Shown in pieces: positions 8,711 to 16,354 of a DNA stretch of 35,264 nucleotides. Source of the DNA: a virus. Taxonomy: Duplodnaviria; Caudoviricetes. Under the pieces are notes generated by a model. It was not told where the DNA came from. It worked only from the letters and a program-made list of their open reading frames with translations, and made no database searches. The translations under genes and the position numbers were made by a program. Location: positions 1-35,264 of the IMG/VR virus record IMGVR_UViG_3300028025_000966; one strand, given 5' to 3'. Positions within the stretch are counted from its first letter, which is position 1, and each line of letters begins with the position of its first letter.

Positions 8711-8715
8711 GTAAA

Positions 8716-9147
8716 CTATGTGTTCTTATCCTTTAATGCTTGCTGAATAGCAGTATAAAAGTCATAATACTTGCCATCATAAAATTTCCACATTGCTTGA
8801 ACATCGGCATCCGTTAATCCTTGCCATTGGTGAGGTCTTGAATATAAAGGGATTATTTCCCCTCTATTAGCAGGCAAATTATCTATTTCATCAGAATAAG
8901 CAATGTCATTCATCCAAGCCACAGGTTCTTGTTTCAGTTGTTCGGAATTTCCGGATAACTGAGCTGGTTGTTCTAGTGCTTCACCTGTCATGCAACATTT
9001 ACCTACCATTTTGCAAGTTATTACATCTGTTGTTGTCATAGGTTCAGGTTCTAGTGCTTCTTTGCAAGCCTTAACTGCGTTTGTATGGTCTGTTCCATAT
9101 AGCAACGCTTCAATCGCCATCTTTAATGCTTCGTCTTTATTAGTCAT
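8716..9147 (-). CDS. Modular Ea/Ead-like early protein (TKDEAL family, copy 1)
   Basis: MTNKDEALKMAIEAL..ACKEALE..QEPVAW..PLY..WQGLTD..IQQALKDKN. Confidence 0.75.
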   Translation of the reverse strand: MTNKDEALKMAIEALLYGTDHTNAVKACKEALEPEPMTTTDVITCKMVGKCCMTGEALEQPAQLSGNSEQLKQEPVAWMNDIAYSDEIDNLPANRGEIIPLYSRPHQWQGLTDADVQAMWKFYDGKYYDFYTAIQQALKDKNT

Positions 9148-9763
9148 TTTTATTCCTTAATGCTTGTTCAATCAAATAGGCATAATCATTCCATAAATTA
9201 GCCAAAGGCATTTCTATTGCTTTATCATAAAGTATTTCTCTTTCATCATCCGTTAATCCTTGCCATTGATGAGGGTGGGTGGAATATGTTGTAAGCCTAT
9301 CAATAACATCAATTCCTGTGTGTCCGTCAAACTCAAACATTGCTTTATCTGTTTCTTTGATTTTGAATAAATCCCAATCTTTTGCTTCATAATGATTGCT
9401 AATTTGACCACTTGGTAACACTGCAACAACAATAAACCAACCTCCACCAAAGCAAAGTTCACCATTGTGATGCCGCCATGACTTATGTACAGAGCATTTA
9501 TTATTTGCAGACAATTCATTAAACAATGCAGCGTTATATGCCTTTCGGAACTCATAAAGTTCATTGAACGTGTGATATCCATCTGACGTGTTACCATCAA
9601 CTACAAATTCTTTCGCTGGTAAGTCCTCACGGACTTGTTCCGTGTCTAGTGCTTCTTTGCAAGCGTCAAGAACATCAATGTAATCGCTTGATGAAATACC
9701 ATCATAATCTAAAAATCTTTCCATTAATTCAATGGACATATTTAATGCTTCATCTTTAGTCAT
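9140..9763 (-). CDS. Modular TKDEAL family protein (copy 2) with inserted SDGYHTFNELY...FDGH domain
   Basis: Same termini as 8716-9147; central ~110 aa domain of a widespread phage family of unknown function. Confidence 0.75.
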   Translation of the reverse strand: MTKDEALNMSIELMERFLDYDGISSSDYIDVLDACKEALDTEQVREDLPAKEFVVDGNTSDGYHTFNELYEFRKAYNAALFNELSANNKCSVHKSWRHHNGELCFGGGWFIVVAVLPSGQISNHYEAKDWDLFKIKETDKAMFEFDGHTGIDVIDRLTTYSTHPHQWQGLTDDEREILYDKAIEMPLANLWNDYAYLIEQALRNKND

Positions 9764-9963
9764 ACGCTTCTACCTCTAATACATTCTTTATTTGTTTTTA
9801 CATATACATCATCATTTTGATGTATATACAATTTACCATCTAAGCAAACTTTTTTAGGGGTTTGTTTTATGCCGTCATATATCACAAAAGCATATAAACC
9901 AAATCCTGTTGTAATTAACCAAAGTCCCATCCAAAATCTTGCACAAATTTTGTCTTGATTCAT
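9760..9963 (-). CDS. Small membrane-anchored protein
   Basis: N-terminal TM, Cys pair, ATGA overlaps with neighbours. Confidence 0.6.
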   Translation of the reverse strand: MNQDKICARFWMGLWLITTGFGLYAFVIYDGIKQTPKKVCLDGKLYIHQNDDVYVKTNKECIRGRSV

Positions 9964-10265
9964 ACGCTAGTCCCAAGGTAAGTAGCCTTTACCCCATTGC
10001 TAAACTGCACTTCTACTGCACAGTCCTGCCCTTTGTTTCCATTGAAAAGTTTATAAACTCCAATCCCCATGCAAACTACAGTAGTAAAAACTACAGCCAT
10101 AAGTAGTAATGTTGCTACAATTACTACTGCCCTATCCGATTTATTACTTCCACAGTTGCACGACCTTCCTTGATTACAATCACCTCGGCACGGCATATCA
10201 GTTTCTCCTTGTTTATCTGCCCATTTAGCTATTTGTTTACCACGTTTAAAGAATGCTTTAGTCAT
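9960..10265 (-). CDS. Small membrane protein with CxxxCNQGRxCxC motif
   Basis: CRGDCNQGRSCNC followed by a TM segment. Confidence 0.6.
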   Translation of the reverse strand: MTKAFFKRGKQIAKWADKQGETDMPCRGDCNQGRSCNCGSNKSDRAVVIVATLLLMAVVFTTVVCMGIGVYKLFNGNKGQDCAVEVQFSNGVKATYLGTSV

Positions 10266-10284
10266 TTTTCTTTAACGCTTTACG

Positions 10285-10590
10285 TTAAACATCATCGTAG
10301 TGCAGACCATCGTTCCCATTTTGGGAGATATTGTCTATACGGTCTTCATCCCAGTTAAGCTGGCAACCAGTCCAAGCGCATTCTTTAACTACACTCAAAG
10401 TCTTGCCACATACATTACAGATTGGGTCTTTCTTACGAAAGATACGGTCAAATCCATCAGCGTACTTTTCTTGCTGCTCTTTATTGCCAACCTTACTTAC
10501 TAGGCTATCTCCAGTTACAGGATTGCTAGACATAGGTAAACTCCATAAATTTATTGGTTTCAAAAGAAGGTCGTGCCATTTAACTTTCAT
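10285..10590 (-). CDS. Hypothetical protein with Cys cluster (alternative start 10533)
   Basis: NPVTGDSLVSK...YADGFDRIF, CNVC..C..C. Confidence 0.6.
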   Translation of the reverse strand: MKVKWHDLLLKPINLWSLPMSSNPVTGDSLVSKVGNKEQQEKYADGFDRIFRKKDPICNVCGKTLSVVKECAWTGCQLNWDEDRIDNISQNGNDGLHYDDV

Positions 10591-10605
10591 AACACGACCT
10601 ATACG

Positions 10606-11004
10606 CTAAAATGGAATAATATCGCTTTCCAAACTATCCATTGGGTCATTACTTGGGTCAACAAATTTAACTGGTTTACTTTCAGATTTATTTTCAGATT
10701 TTCCACCTAGCAAAGTTACATCACCAACACGGCACTCTAGGCTTGATTTTTCTGTGCCATCCTTTGCTTTGTATGGGCGCATACTGATCTCGCCTGTAAT
10801 ACCTATTTGTGTGCCTTTTAGAAGCATTGGCGCAAGTATTTCTGCACGTTTTCCCCATAAGTTGCAGTTTAACCATGTGGTCGTGGCTTTATCACCATAA
10901 CCAGCAGTCAATGACAGAGAAAAGTTGCAGATTGCATCTTGATTTTGTGTGTAACTTAATTTTGCATCTTGTCCCAAGCGACCTGTTGCTGCTAATAAAT
11001 TCAT
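10606..11004 (-). CDS. ssb: Single-stranded DNA-binding protein
   Basis: GRLGQDA, FSL, TTWLNCNLWGKRAE, acidic tail ending DIIPF. Confidence 0.95.
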   Translation of the reverse strand: MNLLAATGRLGQDAKLSYTQNQDAICNFSLSLTAGYGDKATTTWLNCNLWGKRAEILAPMLLKGTQIGITGEISMRPYKAKDGTEKSSLECRVGDVTLLGGKSENKSESKPVKFVDPSNDPMDSLESDIIPF

Positions 11005-11615
11005 TTTAGTTCCTTTAGTTTAGTTGTTAAATCTGACACTTCTGTTAAAAACAATTTTACTGCATTTTGCACTTCATCTATGTACTCGTAATCTCTTTCA
11101 ACACGGACTACAAACAATGCTAGGTTATCACCTACTGTTGGGCAGTAGCTAACAAAGTCACACCACTTAGCACCGGTACAAGCCATCTGCCATTGCATCT
11201 GCGGTATGTATTTGCTAGGTGCTTTGCCGGATAGTACCGTATCTACATGATTGGCTGCTGTAGGGCATTTAATCTCTACTATACCATCAAGACCTACAAG
11301 ACCATCTGGACTAGCGCCTGACATCTCAATGCTTGGGTGATCAATAAATCCTACCTCTGTTACCGTAACACCTTGCTTAAACTCGTATGCTGCTCTTGCT
11401 AGTGGCTCAAGCTCAATGCCTCGCTCCATGTGTGAGTTAGTAAAGCCTTCCTCACGTTGACCTGTTAGACGCTGACATACAAGCTCCATGCGGTAGTTCT
11501 TACGGCTAGCAGACTCACCTGTTTTAATGGTGGCTAACACGTCTGCAACACGGCTAGCTGTTACCTTGCCAATGCGTGACTCAAACCATTCTTCTGTACC
11601 TTGTTGATTAGTCAT
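11001..11615 (-). CDS. YqaJ/lambda-exonuclease family recombination nuclease
   Basis: QGTEEWFESRIGKVTAS, MERGIELEPLAR, GASPDGL, EIKCP, YIPQMQWQM, WCDFVSY. Confidence 0.95.
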   Translation of the reverse strand: MTNQQGTEEWFESRIGKVTASRVADVLATIKTGESASRKNYRMELVCQRLTGQREEGFTNSHMERGIELEPLARAAYEFKQGVTVTEVGFIDHPSIEMSGASPDGLVGLDGIVEIKCPTAANHVDTVLSGKAPSKYIPQMQWQMACTGAKWCDFVSYCPTVGDNLALFVVRVERDYEYIDEVQNAVKLFLTEVSDLTTKLKELK

Positions 11616-11793
11616 TGTTTATATCTACCCTATTCTTTTTAATCCAATCAAATAACTCTGCAATAGCATCAAATTCAGAAAGTTTAATGTGATGCGCTTC
11701 CAAACCATCGTTATTTGTAATCCTAATAAACCCATGCCCGTACAAAACTGCATCGTGCATTGCGTTAGTAAACGCTTTATCAAATTCAGCCAT
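11608..11793 (-). CDS. Hypothetical protein
   Basis: 61 aa, coupled to neighbours; GAGGA RBS. Confidence 0.6.
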   Translation of the reverse strand: MAEFDKAFTNAMHDAVLYGHGFIRITNNDGLEAHHIKLSEFDAIAELFDWIKKNRVDINND

Positions 11794-11930
11794 TATCTAA
11801 TCCTCGGCATTGGTTTTGAAAGCAGCCATTTGTGACCTAAATTTTTTAGAGCCTTTGCTATCTTAGCATCACGGTCTGCCATCTCTTTTTGGCTAGGTGG
11901 TTTTAAGCCATATAGTGATTTAATAATCAT
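11793..11930 (-). CDS. Small basic protein (45 aa)
   Basis: MIIKSLYGLKPPSQKEMADRDAKIAKALKNLGHKWLLSKPMPRIR; fills the gap with start/stop overlaps. Confidence 0.55.
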   Translation of the reverse strand: MIIKSLYGLKPPSQKEMADRDAKIAKALKNLGHKWLLSKPMPRIR

Positions 11931-12457
11931 GCTGTCATCCCTTCAAATAATGCTTTCATTTCGCTAGCTGCTGCTCTAATTATTGGCAGGTAGCTTGGAT
12001 TAGATTTAGTTTTCAATGAAGCAGTATTAAATAATGAAGTTAATTCAGTCATTGTTTTAGCTGCACGAATTTTATCAACATAGAACTCTACAGGCTCAAG
12101 TTTAACTGGTGCATTTTGTTGATGTATTGCATTGACTACTTCATTTGCAGATGCAAATTCAGTACCGCCAATACCAAACGATGCCAATGCACGACCAATT
12201 GCAGACGTTTCACAATTCTCAACGTAAGATGTTTTATTGATCTGGCTATTAGCTCTAAACTCTTGAGCATGACCGTTAGCAATTAAACGAGATTCTTCAT
12301 TTAAGATGCCAGCTTCAACAATACATTCGTCAGCATCAATTTTAATGATTGTTGTTTTAATAGTGTACTCCGGATATTTCTCACGGAAACGATTGACACG
12401 GCTTGCTACTGTTTCATATTCTTTACCGTGTATGCTTACAAATCCTTGTTTTGACAT
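11927..12457 (-). CDS. Rad52/Sak-like single-strand annealing protein
   Basis: GKEYETVASRV..F, INKTSYVENCETSAIGRALASFGIG; clustered with YqaJ and SSB. Confidence 0.75.
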   Translation of the reverse strand: MSKQGFVSIHGKEYETVASRVNRFREKYPEYTIKTTIIKIDADECIVEAGILNEESRLIANGHAQEFRANSQINKTSYVENCETSAIGRALASFGIGGTEFASANEVVNAIHQQNAPVKLEPVEFYVDKIRAAKTMTELTSLFNTASLKTKSNPSYLPIIRAAASEMKALFEGMTA

Positions 12458-12458
12458 T

Positions 12459-12578
12459 TTATTCACCCTTAGTTAAAACTTCTAAATATTGTTCATATTC
12501 TTTCTTAGCACAATCTCGCAAATACTCTAGATATTCTTCTAGATCTATAAAATCTGTGTCTTGGCGATTATCTTCCAT
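12459..12578 (-). CDS. Small acidic protein (39 aa)
   Basis: MEDNRQDTDFIDLEEYLEYLRDCAKKEYEQYLEVLTKGE; tight packing. Confidence 0.5.
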   Translation of the reverse strand: MEDNRQDTDFIDLEEYLEYLRDCAKKEYEQYLEVLTKGE

Positions 12579-12695
12579 TTAAGCCACCAACAAAGCGTAT
12601 GTTACCGCCAACATTATCACAGACAAAACAAAACATAATCCTTCTACTACTGGTAGCCAGTTAAACTTTGGCTTGTAATTTTTGTAATCAGTCAT
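12579..12695 (-). CDS. Small TM protein (38 aa)
   Basis: MTDYKNYKPKFNWLPVVEGLCFVLSVIMLAVTYALLVA; AGGAG RBS. Confidence 0.6.
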   Translation of the reverse strand: MTDYKNYKPKFNWLPVVEGLCFVLSVIMLAVTYALLVA

Positions 12696-12816
12696 TGTTA
12701 TTCTCCTGTTCACGTTTAGCTAATTTAACTTCTAACTCTTCAAACTCTTTACGCATTGCTTGTATTTCTTTTATTATCTGCTCAAGTTTTGGGTCTTTTA
12801 GATCGTTAGTGTGCAT
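12688..12816 (-). CDS. Small coiled-coil protein (42 aa)
   Basis: MHTNDLKDPKLEQIIKEIQAMRKEFEELEVKLAKREQENNND; GGAGG RBS. Confidence 0.6.
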   Translation of the reverse strand: MHTNDLKDPKLEQIIKEIQAMRKEFEELEVKLAKREQENNND

Positions 12817-13033
12817 TACGAGCCTCCCTTGTTTCACGGTCGCATTTAGCTTTGAATAAGCAAACAGATGCTTCTATCTCAGCAACTCGTGTGTATACCT
12901 TCTCAACCATTTGGTATTGGTTAAGTAAGGCGCAAGCTAGTTTGTAGGAATTGTAGGTAGAGTTAACAACTTTACCGTTTTCTAAGATGTCCCATTTTTG
13001 TTTTGGGAATTTTGTAGATTTGATTGTGTACAT
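12806..13033 (-). CDS. Early hypothetical protein
   Basis: ATG 13033 with GGAG RBS directly downstream of the leftward promoter/leader repeat. Confidence 0.65.
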   Translation of the reverse strand: MYTIKSTKFPKQKWDILENGKVVNSTYNSYKLACALLNQYQMVEKVYTRVAEIEASVCLFKAKCDRETREARNAH

Positions 13034-13084
13034 TTTTATCTCCACCGTTTCTATTAGTTAATCGCTTTGTTGCTGCGATGTGTA

Positions 13085-13113
13085 ATATTCTCACATCTAA
13101 ATTAATAATGCAA
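13085..13113 (-). promoter_or_regulatory. Leftward early sigma70-type promoter (repeat copy 1)
   Basis: TTGCAT-17-GAATAT with AT-rich upstream ATGTATAAATAATAC shared with copy 2. Confidence 0.6.
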
Positions 13114-13127
13114 GTATTATTTATACA

Positions 13128-13286
13128 TTAAATTCCAACAAACTTACATAATTCATTTAATTTTTTTCTGTCTTCAAGTATTGCTGCTTTGTCTTCTTCC
13201 CATTGCAGATCAAACCACAGATCTTCTGCTACGTCTGCCGGCAGCTTAATGATTTTGTCATTAGTACTTAATGTTTCTTCATTCAT
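13128..13286 (-). CDS. Small acidic early protein (52 aa)
   Basis: MNEETLSTNDKIIKLPADVAEDLWFDLQWEEDKAAILEDRKKLNELCKFVGI; GGAG RBS. Confidence 0.6.
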   Translation of the reverse strand: MNEETLSTNDKIIKLPADVAEDLWFDLQWEEDKAAILEDRKKLNELCKFVGI

Positions 13287-13310
13287 TTTATTCTCCACAG
13301 TTTCTTTTGT

Positions 13311-13526
13311 TTATGTATTTTTACAAGAACAATCATCATTACACTTTTGAATAAATTTGACTTGTGATAAAACATCTTTTACCGTATCTCCAGCAATGGA
13401 ATGAAGACCATCAACTGAATAACCATCATTTAATAAAACCTCGTAACCTTCACCGCTAACTTTATCAAGCATAAAAGCATAAACTTCTTTATTGCTTTGT
13501 ATTAAGTTTTTAATTACTTTGCTCAT
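13311..13526 (-). CDS. First leftward early protein, hypothetical
   Basis: 71 aa, GAGGT RBS, immediately after promoter copy 2. Confidence 0.65.
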   Translation of the reverse strand: MSKVIKNLIQSNKEVYAFMLDKVSGEGYEVLLNDGYSVDGLHSIAGDTVKDVLSQVKFIQKCNDDCSCKNT

Positions 13527-13579
13527 ATTTACCTCTACTGTGTCTATTAATTAATCGCATAACTTGCTGCGATGTGTGT

Positions 13580-13608
13580 ATAATATCAACAACAGATAGC
13601 CATGTCAA
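13580..13608 (-). promoter_or_regulatory. Leftward early sigma70-type promoter (repeat copy 2)
   Basis: TTGACA-17-TATTAT, near consensus. Confidence 0.8.
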
Positions 13609-13626
13609 GTATTATTTATACATAAA

Positions 13627-13998
13627 ATGAAAATAATTATGAAAATATCAGAACACCAAGAACAAGTCATGCTAATCACATGGTTCAGAATGCAATACAA
13701 GCAATACAAGTATCACTTATGGGCGATTCCTAATGGTGGATCACGGCACATAGTCACGGCAGTCAATTTAAAGGCAGAGGGAGTGCTTGCTGGAGTCAGC
13801 GATCTATTTTTAATGATTCCTAATAGTAAGTACCACGGAATGTTTATTGAGATGAAGGCAAAGGCTGGCAAAGTATCAGATAGCCAGAAAGAGTTTATGG
13901 CAGCAGCTAGTTCAATGAACTACTTGCCGGTTGTCTGCTATGGTTTTGATGAAGCTAAAGAGGCTATCACAAAATACTTGCATGAAATTAAAAGTTAG
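13627..13998 (+). CDS. VRR-NUC domain nuclease (Holliday junction resolvase-like)
   Basis: SEHQEQ, AIPNGG.R, LKAEGVLAGVSDL, FIEMK, SDSQKEF; alternative start 13639. Confidence 0.92.
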   Translation: MKIIMKISEHQEQVMLITWFRMQYKQYKYHLWAIPNGGSRHIVTAVNLKAEGVLAGVSDLFLMIPNSKYHGMFIEMKAKAGKVSDSQKEFMAAASSMNYLPVVCYGFDEAKEAITKYLHEIKS

Positions 13999-14006
13999 TT
14001 TATAGT
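13978..14006 (+). promoter_or_regulatory. Rightward promoter of replication operon
   Basis: TTGCAT-17-TATAGT. Confidence 0.7.
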
Positions 14007-14013
14007 TATTACA

Positions 14014-14119
14014 TCACTTGACGGTGAACAACTAGTAAGCCTTAGTCAACACTCTGCTGGTACTAGCCAGTCCGTCAACATCCCTAAAAAAGATGAGAGT
14101 GTTGTCTAGGGCTTTTTTT
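14014..14119 (+). ncRNA. C4/CI-like structured RNA or attenuator in the leader of the replication initiator
   Basis: 19-nt stalk 14037-14055/14096-14114 (18 pairs) plus U-run, enclosing two small hairpins and an 8-nt bulge; bulge and loop are complementary to upstream 14018-14024 and 14032-14037. Confidence 0.7.
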
Positions 14120-14132
14120 ATGGAGAAAGCAA

Positions 14133-14849
14133 ATGCATTATTACAAAAGAAATCTTGGCGATTACGCTAAGAAGGCTGGAAGGCTAACAATGCTTCAGCA
14201 CGGAGCGTACACGCTCTTGATTGATTCGTGCTATGACCGTGAAGTATTCCCTACACTTGAACTTGCTATTGAATGGACTTGGGCATCTACAGAGGCTGAG
14301 ATTGATGCGGTTAAGTTTGTTCTTAGTAGGTTCTTTACTATCACTAAAGATGGTGAATATGTACAGGATAGAATATTGCAAGAGCTTTTAGAATATCACG
14401 CTAAAGCTGATAAAAACAAAGAGATTGCTATAGAAAGAGAAGCTAAACGTAAAGAAAATAGCACGAAGCGTACACGTATCGTAGACGAACCGTCACCTAA
14501 CCATAAACCAATAACCACTAACCATAAACCAGTAACTAAATACATACCACCAATTCCTACGGAATTATTTACTGAGTATCAAGCTATCAGAAAAAGTAAA
14601 CGAGCAGCACCACTTACAGAACGTATGTTTAATGCAATATGTAAGCAAGCAGCATTAGCTGGTATTACACCTGATAAGGCAATTACTATTTGCTGTGAAA
14701 GAGGTTGGACAGGATTTGAGGCATCTTGGTTAAAACAGGATAAGCAAGCATCAACATTAAATGCAGCTCTTTCTGTATTTAAGCCACAGTACATTGCAGA
14801 GCAAACAGCTCACATAAAATTAGTTGGAGATAATCATGCAGAATTTTAA
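14133..14849 (+). CDS. Replication initiator, YdaU/DUF1376 family (lambda O-like)
   Basis: MHYYKRNLGDY..A.RLTMLQHGAYTLLIDSCYDRE; C-terminal RKSKRAAPLT..CCERGWTGFEASWL. Confidence 0.9.
   Translation: MHYYKRNLGDYAKKAGRLTMLQHGAYTLLIDSCYDREVFPTLELAIEWTWASTEAEIDAVKFVLSRFFTITKDGEYVQDRILQELLEYHAKADKNKEIAIEREAKRKENSTKRTRIVDEPSPNHKPITTNHKPVTKYIPPIPTELFTEYQAIRKSKRAAPLTERMFNAICKQAALAGITPDKAITICCERGWTGFEASWLKQDKQASTLNAALSVFKPQYIAEQTAHIKLVGDNHAEF
14497..14537. repeat. 7-bp tandem repeats within the initiator gene, candidate origin element
   Basis: TAACCAT-AAACCAA-TAACCAC-TAACCAT-AAACCAG; CTAACCATAAACCA at 14497 and 14518. Confidence 0.6.
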
Positions 14850-15312
14850 TTTGCCAGCAGAATGGGTTGAACGTATTTTTATGCGACTACATGGTCGTTT
14901 TGGTAATAACTTTTTTGATAAGTTTAAGATAGGTCAAGTGAACGAAGCTGGTGAAGACGTAGGTATTGCAAACGCAAAGGCTACTTGGTCATCAGAACTT
15001 GCTGGCATTAGTGCAGAGCGCATTAAAGCTGGATTAGAAGCTAAATACCAATATGCACCTAATTGCGATGAGTTTTTAAAACATTGCGTAACAAGTAACA
15101 TACAAGACTTTAAGGCTCTACCTGCACCAGTAGACCATGAAAGCAACAAGGCTCATGCTGATAAGCTGGCTTTGTATGTACACGAACGATTAAAACCTAA
15201 GACTGATTACCATGCTTGGGCTAAACGTATATTACGCAATCCACAAAACTTTCCAGAAACTTCAGTTACAGCAGCAAAGATGGTTGTAGGTGAAAATTAT
15301 GAACACGTTTAA
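14836..15312 (+). CDS. Replication protein P-like (helicase loader)
   Basis: WVERIFMRLHGRFG..F, WSSELAG, PNCDEFLKHC, AWAKRI; follows initiator; GGAG RBS. Confidence 0.7.
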   Translation: MQNFNLPAEWVERIFMRLHGRFGNNFFDKFKIGQVNEAGEDVGIANAKATWSSELAGISAERIKAGLEAKYQYAPNCDEFLKHCVTSNIQDFKALPAPVDHESNKAHADKLALYVHERLKPKTDYHAWAKRILRNPQNFPETSVTAAKMVVGENYEHV

Positions 15313-15724
15313 TAGGGATCTGGATTTAGGAATTTCTATTGAAAAAAAACTTGTTGATATATTAATAAAAAAGTACCCATCAACAACATTAGTAAATAAA
15401 TTTAAAGGTTATGACATTTGGATTCCGGAGCTACACAAGTCTATTGAAGTTAAGTCTGATCAAAAAAGCCAATATACTGGCAACATTGTTATTGAGATTG
15501 AAATGTACGACAAGCCATCTGGATTGCTTGCTACTACAGCAGACTATTGGGTATTTTATGATGGTGATAAATTTATATCTATAACACCAAAAGACATAAT
15601 TAAATGCATATTTTTATTAAAGTTACATTTTGTTGAGTTTGTTGGTAACGGTGACACGGTTAAAAAGAAAGCATTTTTAGTGCCAAAAGATAAACTATTT
15701 AATTACGGAAAAGAGTTTAACTAA
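15299..15724 (+). CDS. PD-(D/E)XK-fold putative nuclease
   Basis: YDIW..IEVKSD..TGNIVIEIE..KPSGL.ATTADYWV. Confidence 0.7.
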   Translation: MNTFNRDLDLGISIEKKLVDILIKKYPSTTLVNKFKGYDIWIPELHKSIEVKSDQKSQYTGNIVIEIEMYDKPSGLLATTADYWVFYDGDKFISITPKDIIKCIFLLKLHFVEFVGNGDTVKKKAFLVPKDKLFNYGKEFN

Positions 15725-15729
15725 ATTAT

Positions 15730-15891
15730 ATGAAATGGACTGAACAAGATAAATATCACATTAGCTCTGGCGCATGGACTATAGCTAAATACTTTTCACC
15801 TACAGGAGTTAAGTATGGTCTTAGTAAGATGAATAAAAACTTGGGCTATTACGATACATTAGAGAAAGCTAAACGAAATGCTAAAGATTAG
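15730..15891 (+). CDS. Small hypothetical protein (53 aa)
   Basis: MKWTEQDKYHISSGAWTIAKYFSPTGVKYGLSKMNKNLGYYDTLEKAKRNAKD. Confidence 0.6.
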   Translation: MKWTEQDKYHISSGAWTIAKYFSPTGVKYGLSKMNKNLGYYDTLEKAKRNAKD

Positions 15892-15921
15892 TTGCATATT
15901 TTATACAACGTGATATATAAT
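15892..15921 (+). promoter_or_regulatory. Internal promoter upstream of XRE HTH gene
   Basis: TTGCAT-18-TATAAT. Confidence 0.6.
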
Positions 15922-15949
15922 AAATCATCAACGACAGATAAGGTTATAT

Positions 15950-16117
15950 ATGACACACACAGAGTTAAAAGAACTACGCAGTAAAACTGGTTTATCACAG
16001 AAAGAGTTTGGCACTAAATTGTTTAAGACTAGGGACAGCATTGCTAAGTACGAATCCGGCAAGTTTACGATTCCTGCTTACATGGATATTTTAGTAAAGG
16101 CTGTGTTTAATGACTAA
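15950..16117 (+). CDS. XRE/Cro-like helix-turn-helix regulator (55 aa, not in ORF track)
   Basis: MTHTELKELRSKTGLSQKEFGTKLFKTRDSIAKYESGKFTIPAYMDILVKAVFND; AAGGT RBS. Confidence 0.88.
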   Translation: MTHTELKELRSKTGLSQKEFGTKLFKTRDSIAKYESGKFTIPAYMDILVKAVFND

Positions 16118-16352
16118 AGACGAAGCATTAAAGATGGTAATTAATAATTTGAAAATACAAAATTTTAATACTGTAAATGCATCCATTATTGCATATTGTG
16201 AAGAAGCAATAGAACAGTCATCATGGAAAGAATTAAATGATGATGAGATAGATTTGGTTTGGTTTGAAGTAGTAAAAGAAAACAATTTTGAAGGTACTGG
16301 CAAGTATTTTGCCCGTGCTATTCAGCAAGCATTAAAGGATAAGAATAGTTAA
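16110..16352 (+). CDS. TKDEAL family protein (copy 3, minimal form)
   Basis: MTKDEALKM..CEEAIEQ..WKELNDDEI..IQQALKDKN. Confidence 0.75.
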   Translation: MTKDEALKMVINNLKIQNFNTVNASIIAYCEEAIEQSSWKELNDDEIDLVWFEVVKENNFEGTGKYFARAIQQALKDKNS

Positions 16353-16354
16353 AA

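Noticed and set aside
10177-10190. RGD integrin-binding motif in CRGDC
   Set aside because: Part of a CxxxCNQGRxC cysteine motif in a small bacteriophage early protein; most likely coincidence.
14037-14114. tRNA gene
   Set aside because: Branched fold, but it lacks the T-loop GTTC, D-loop GG, a 7-nt anticodon arm and a 7-bp acceptor stem; fits a C4/CI-like RNA better.
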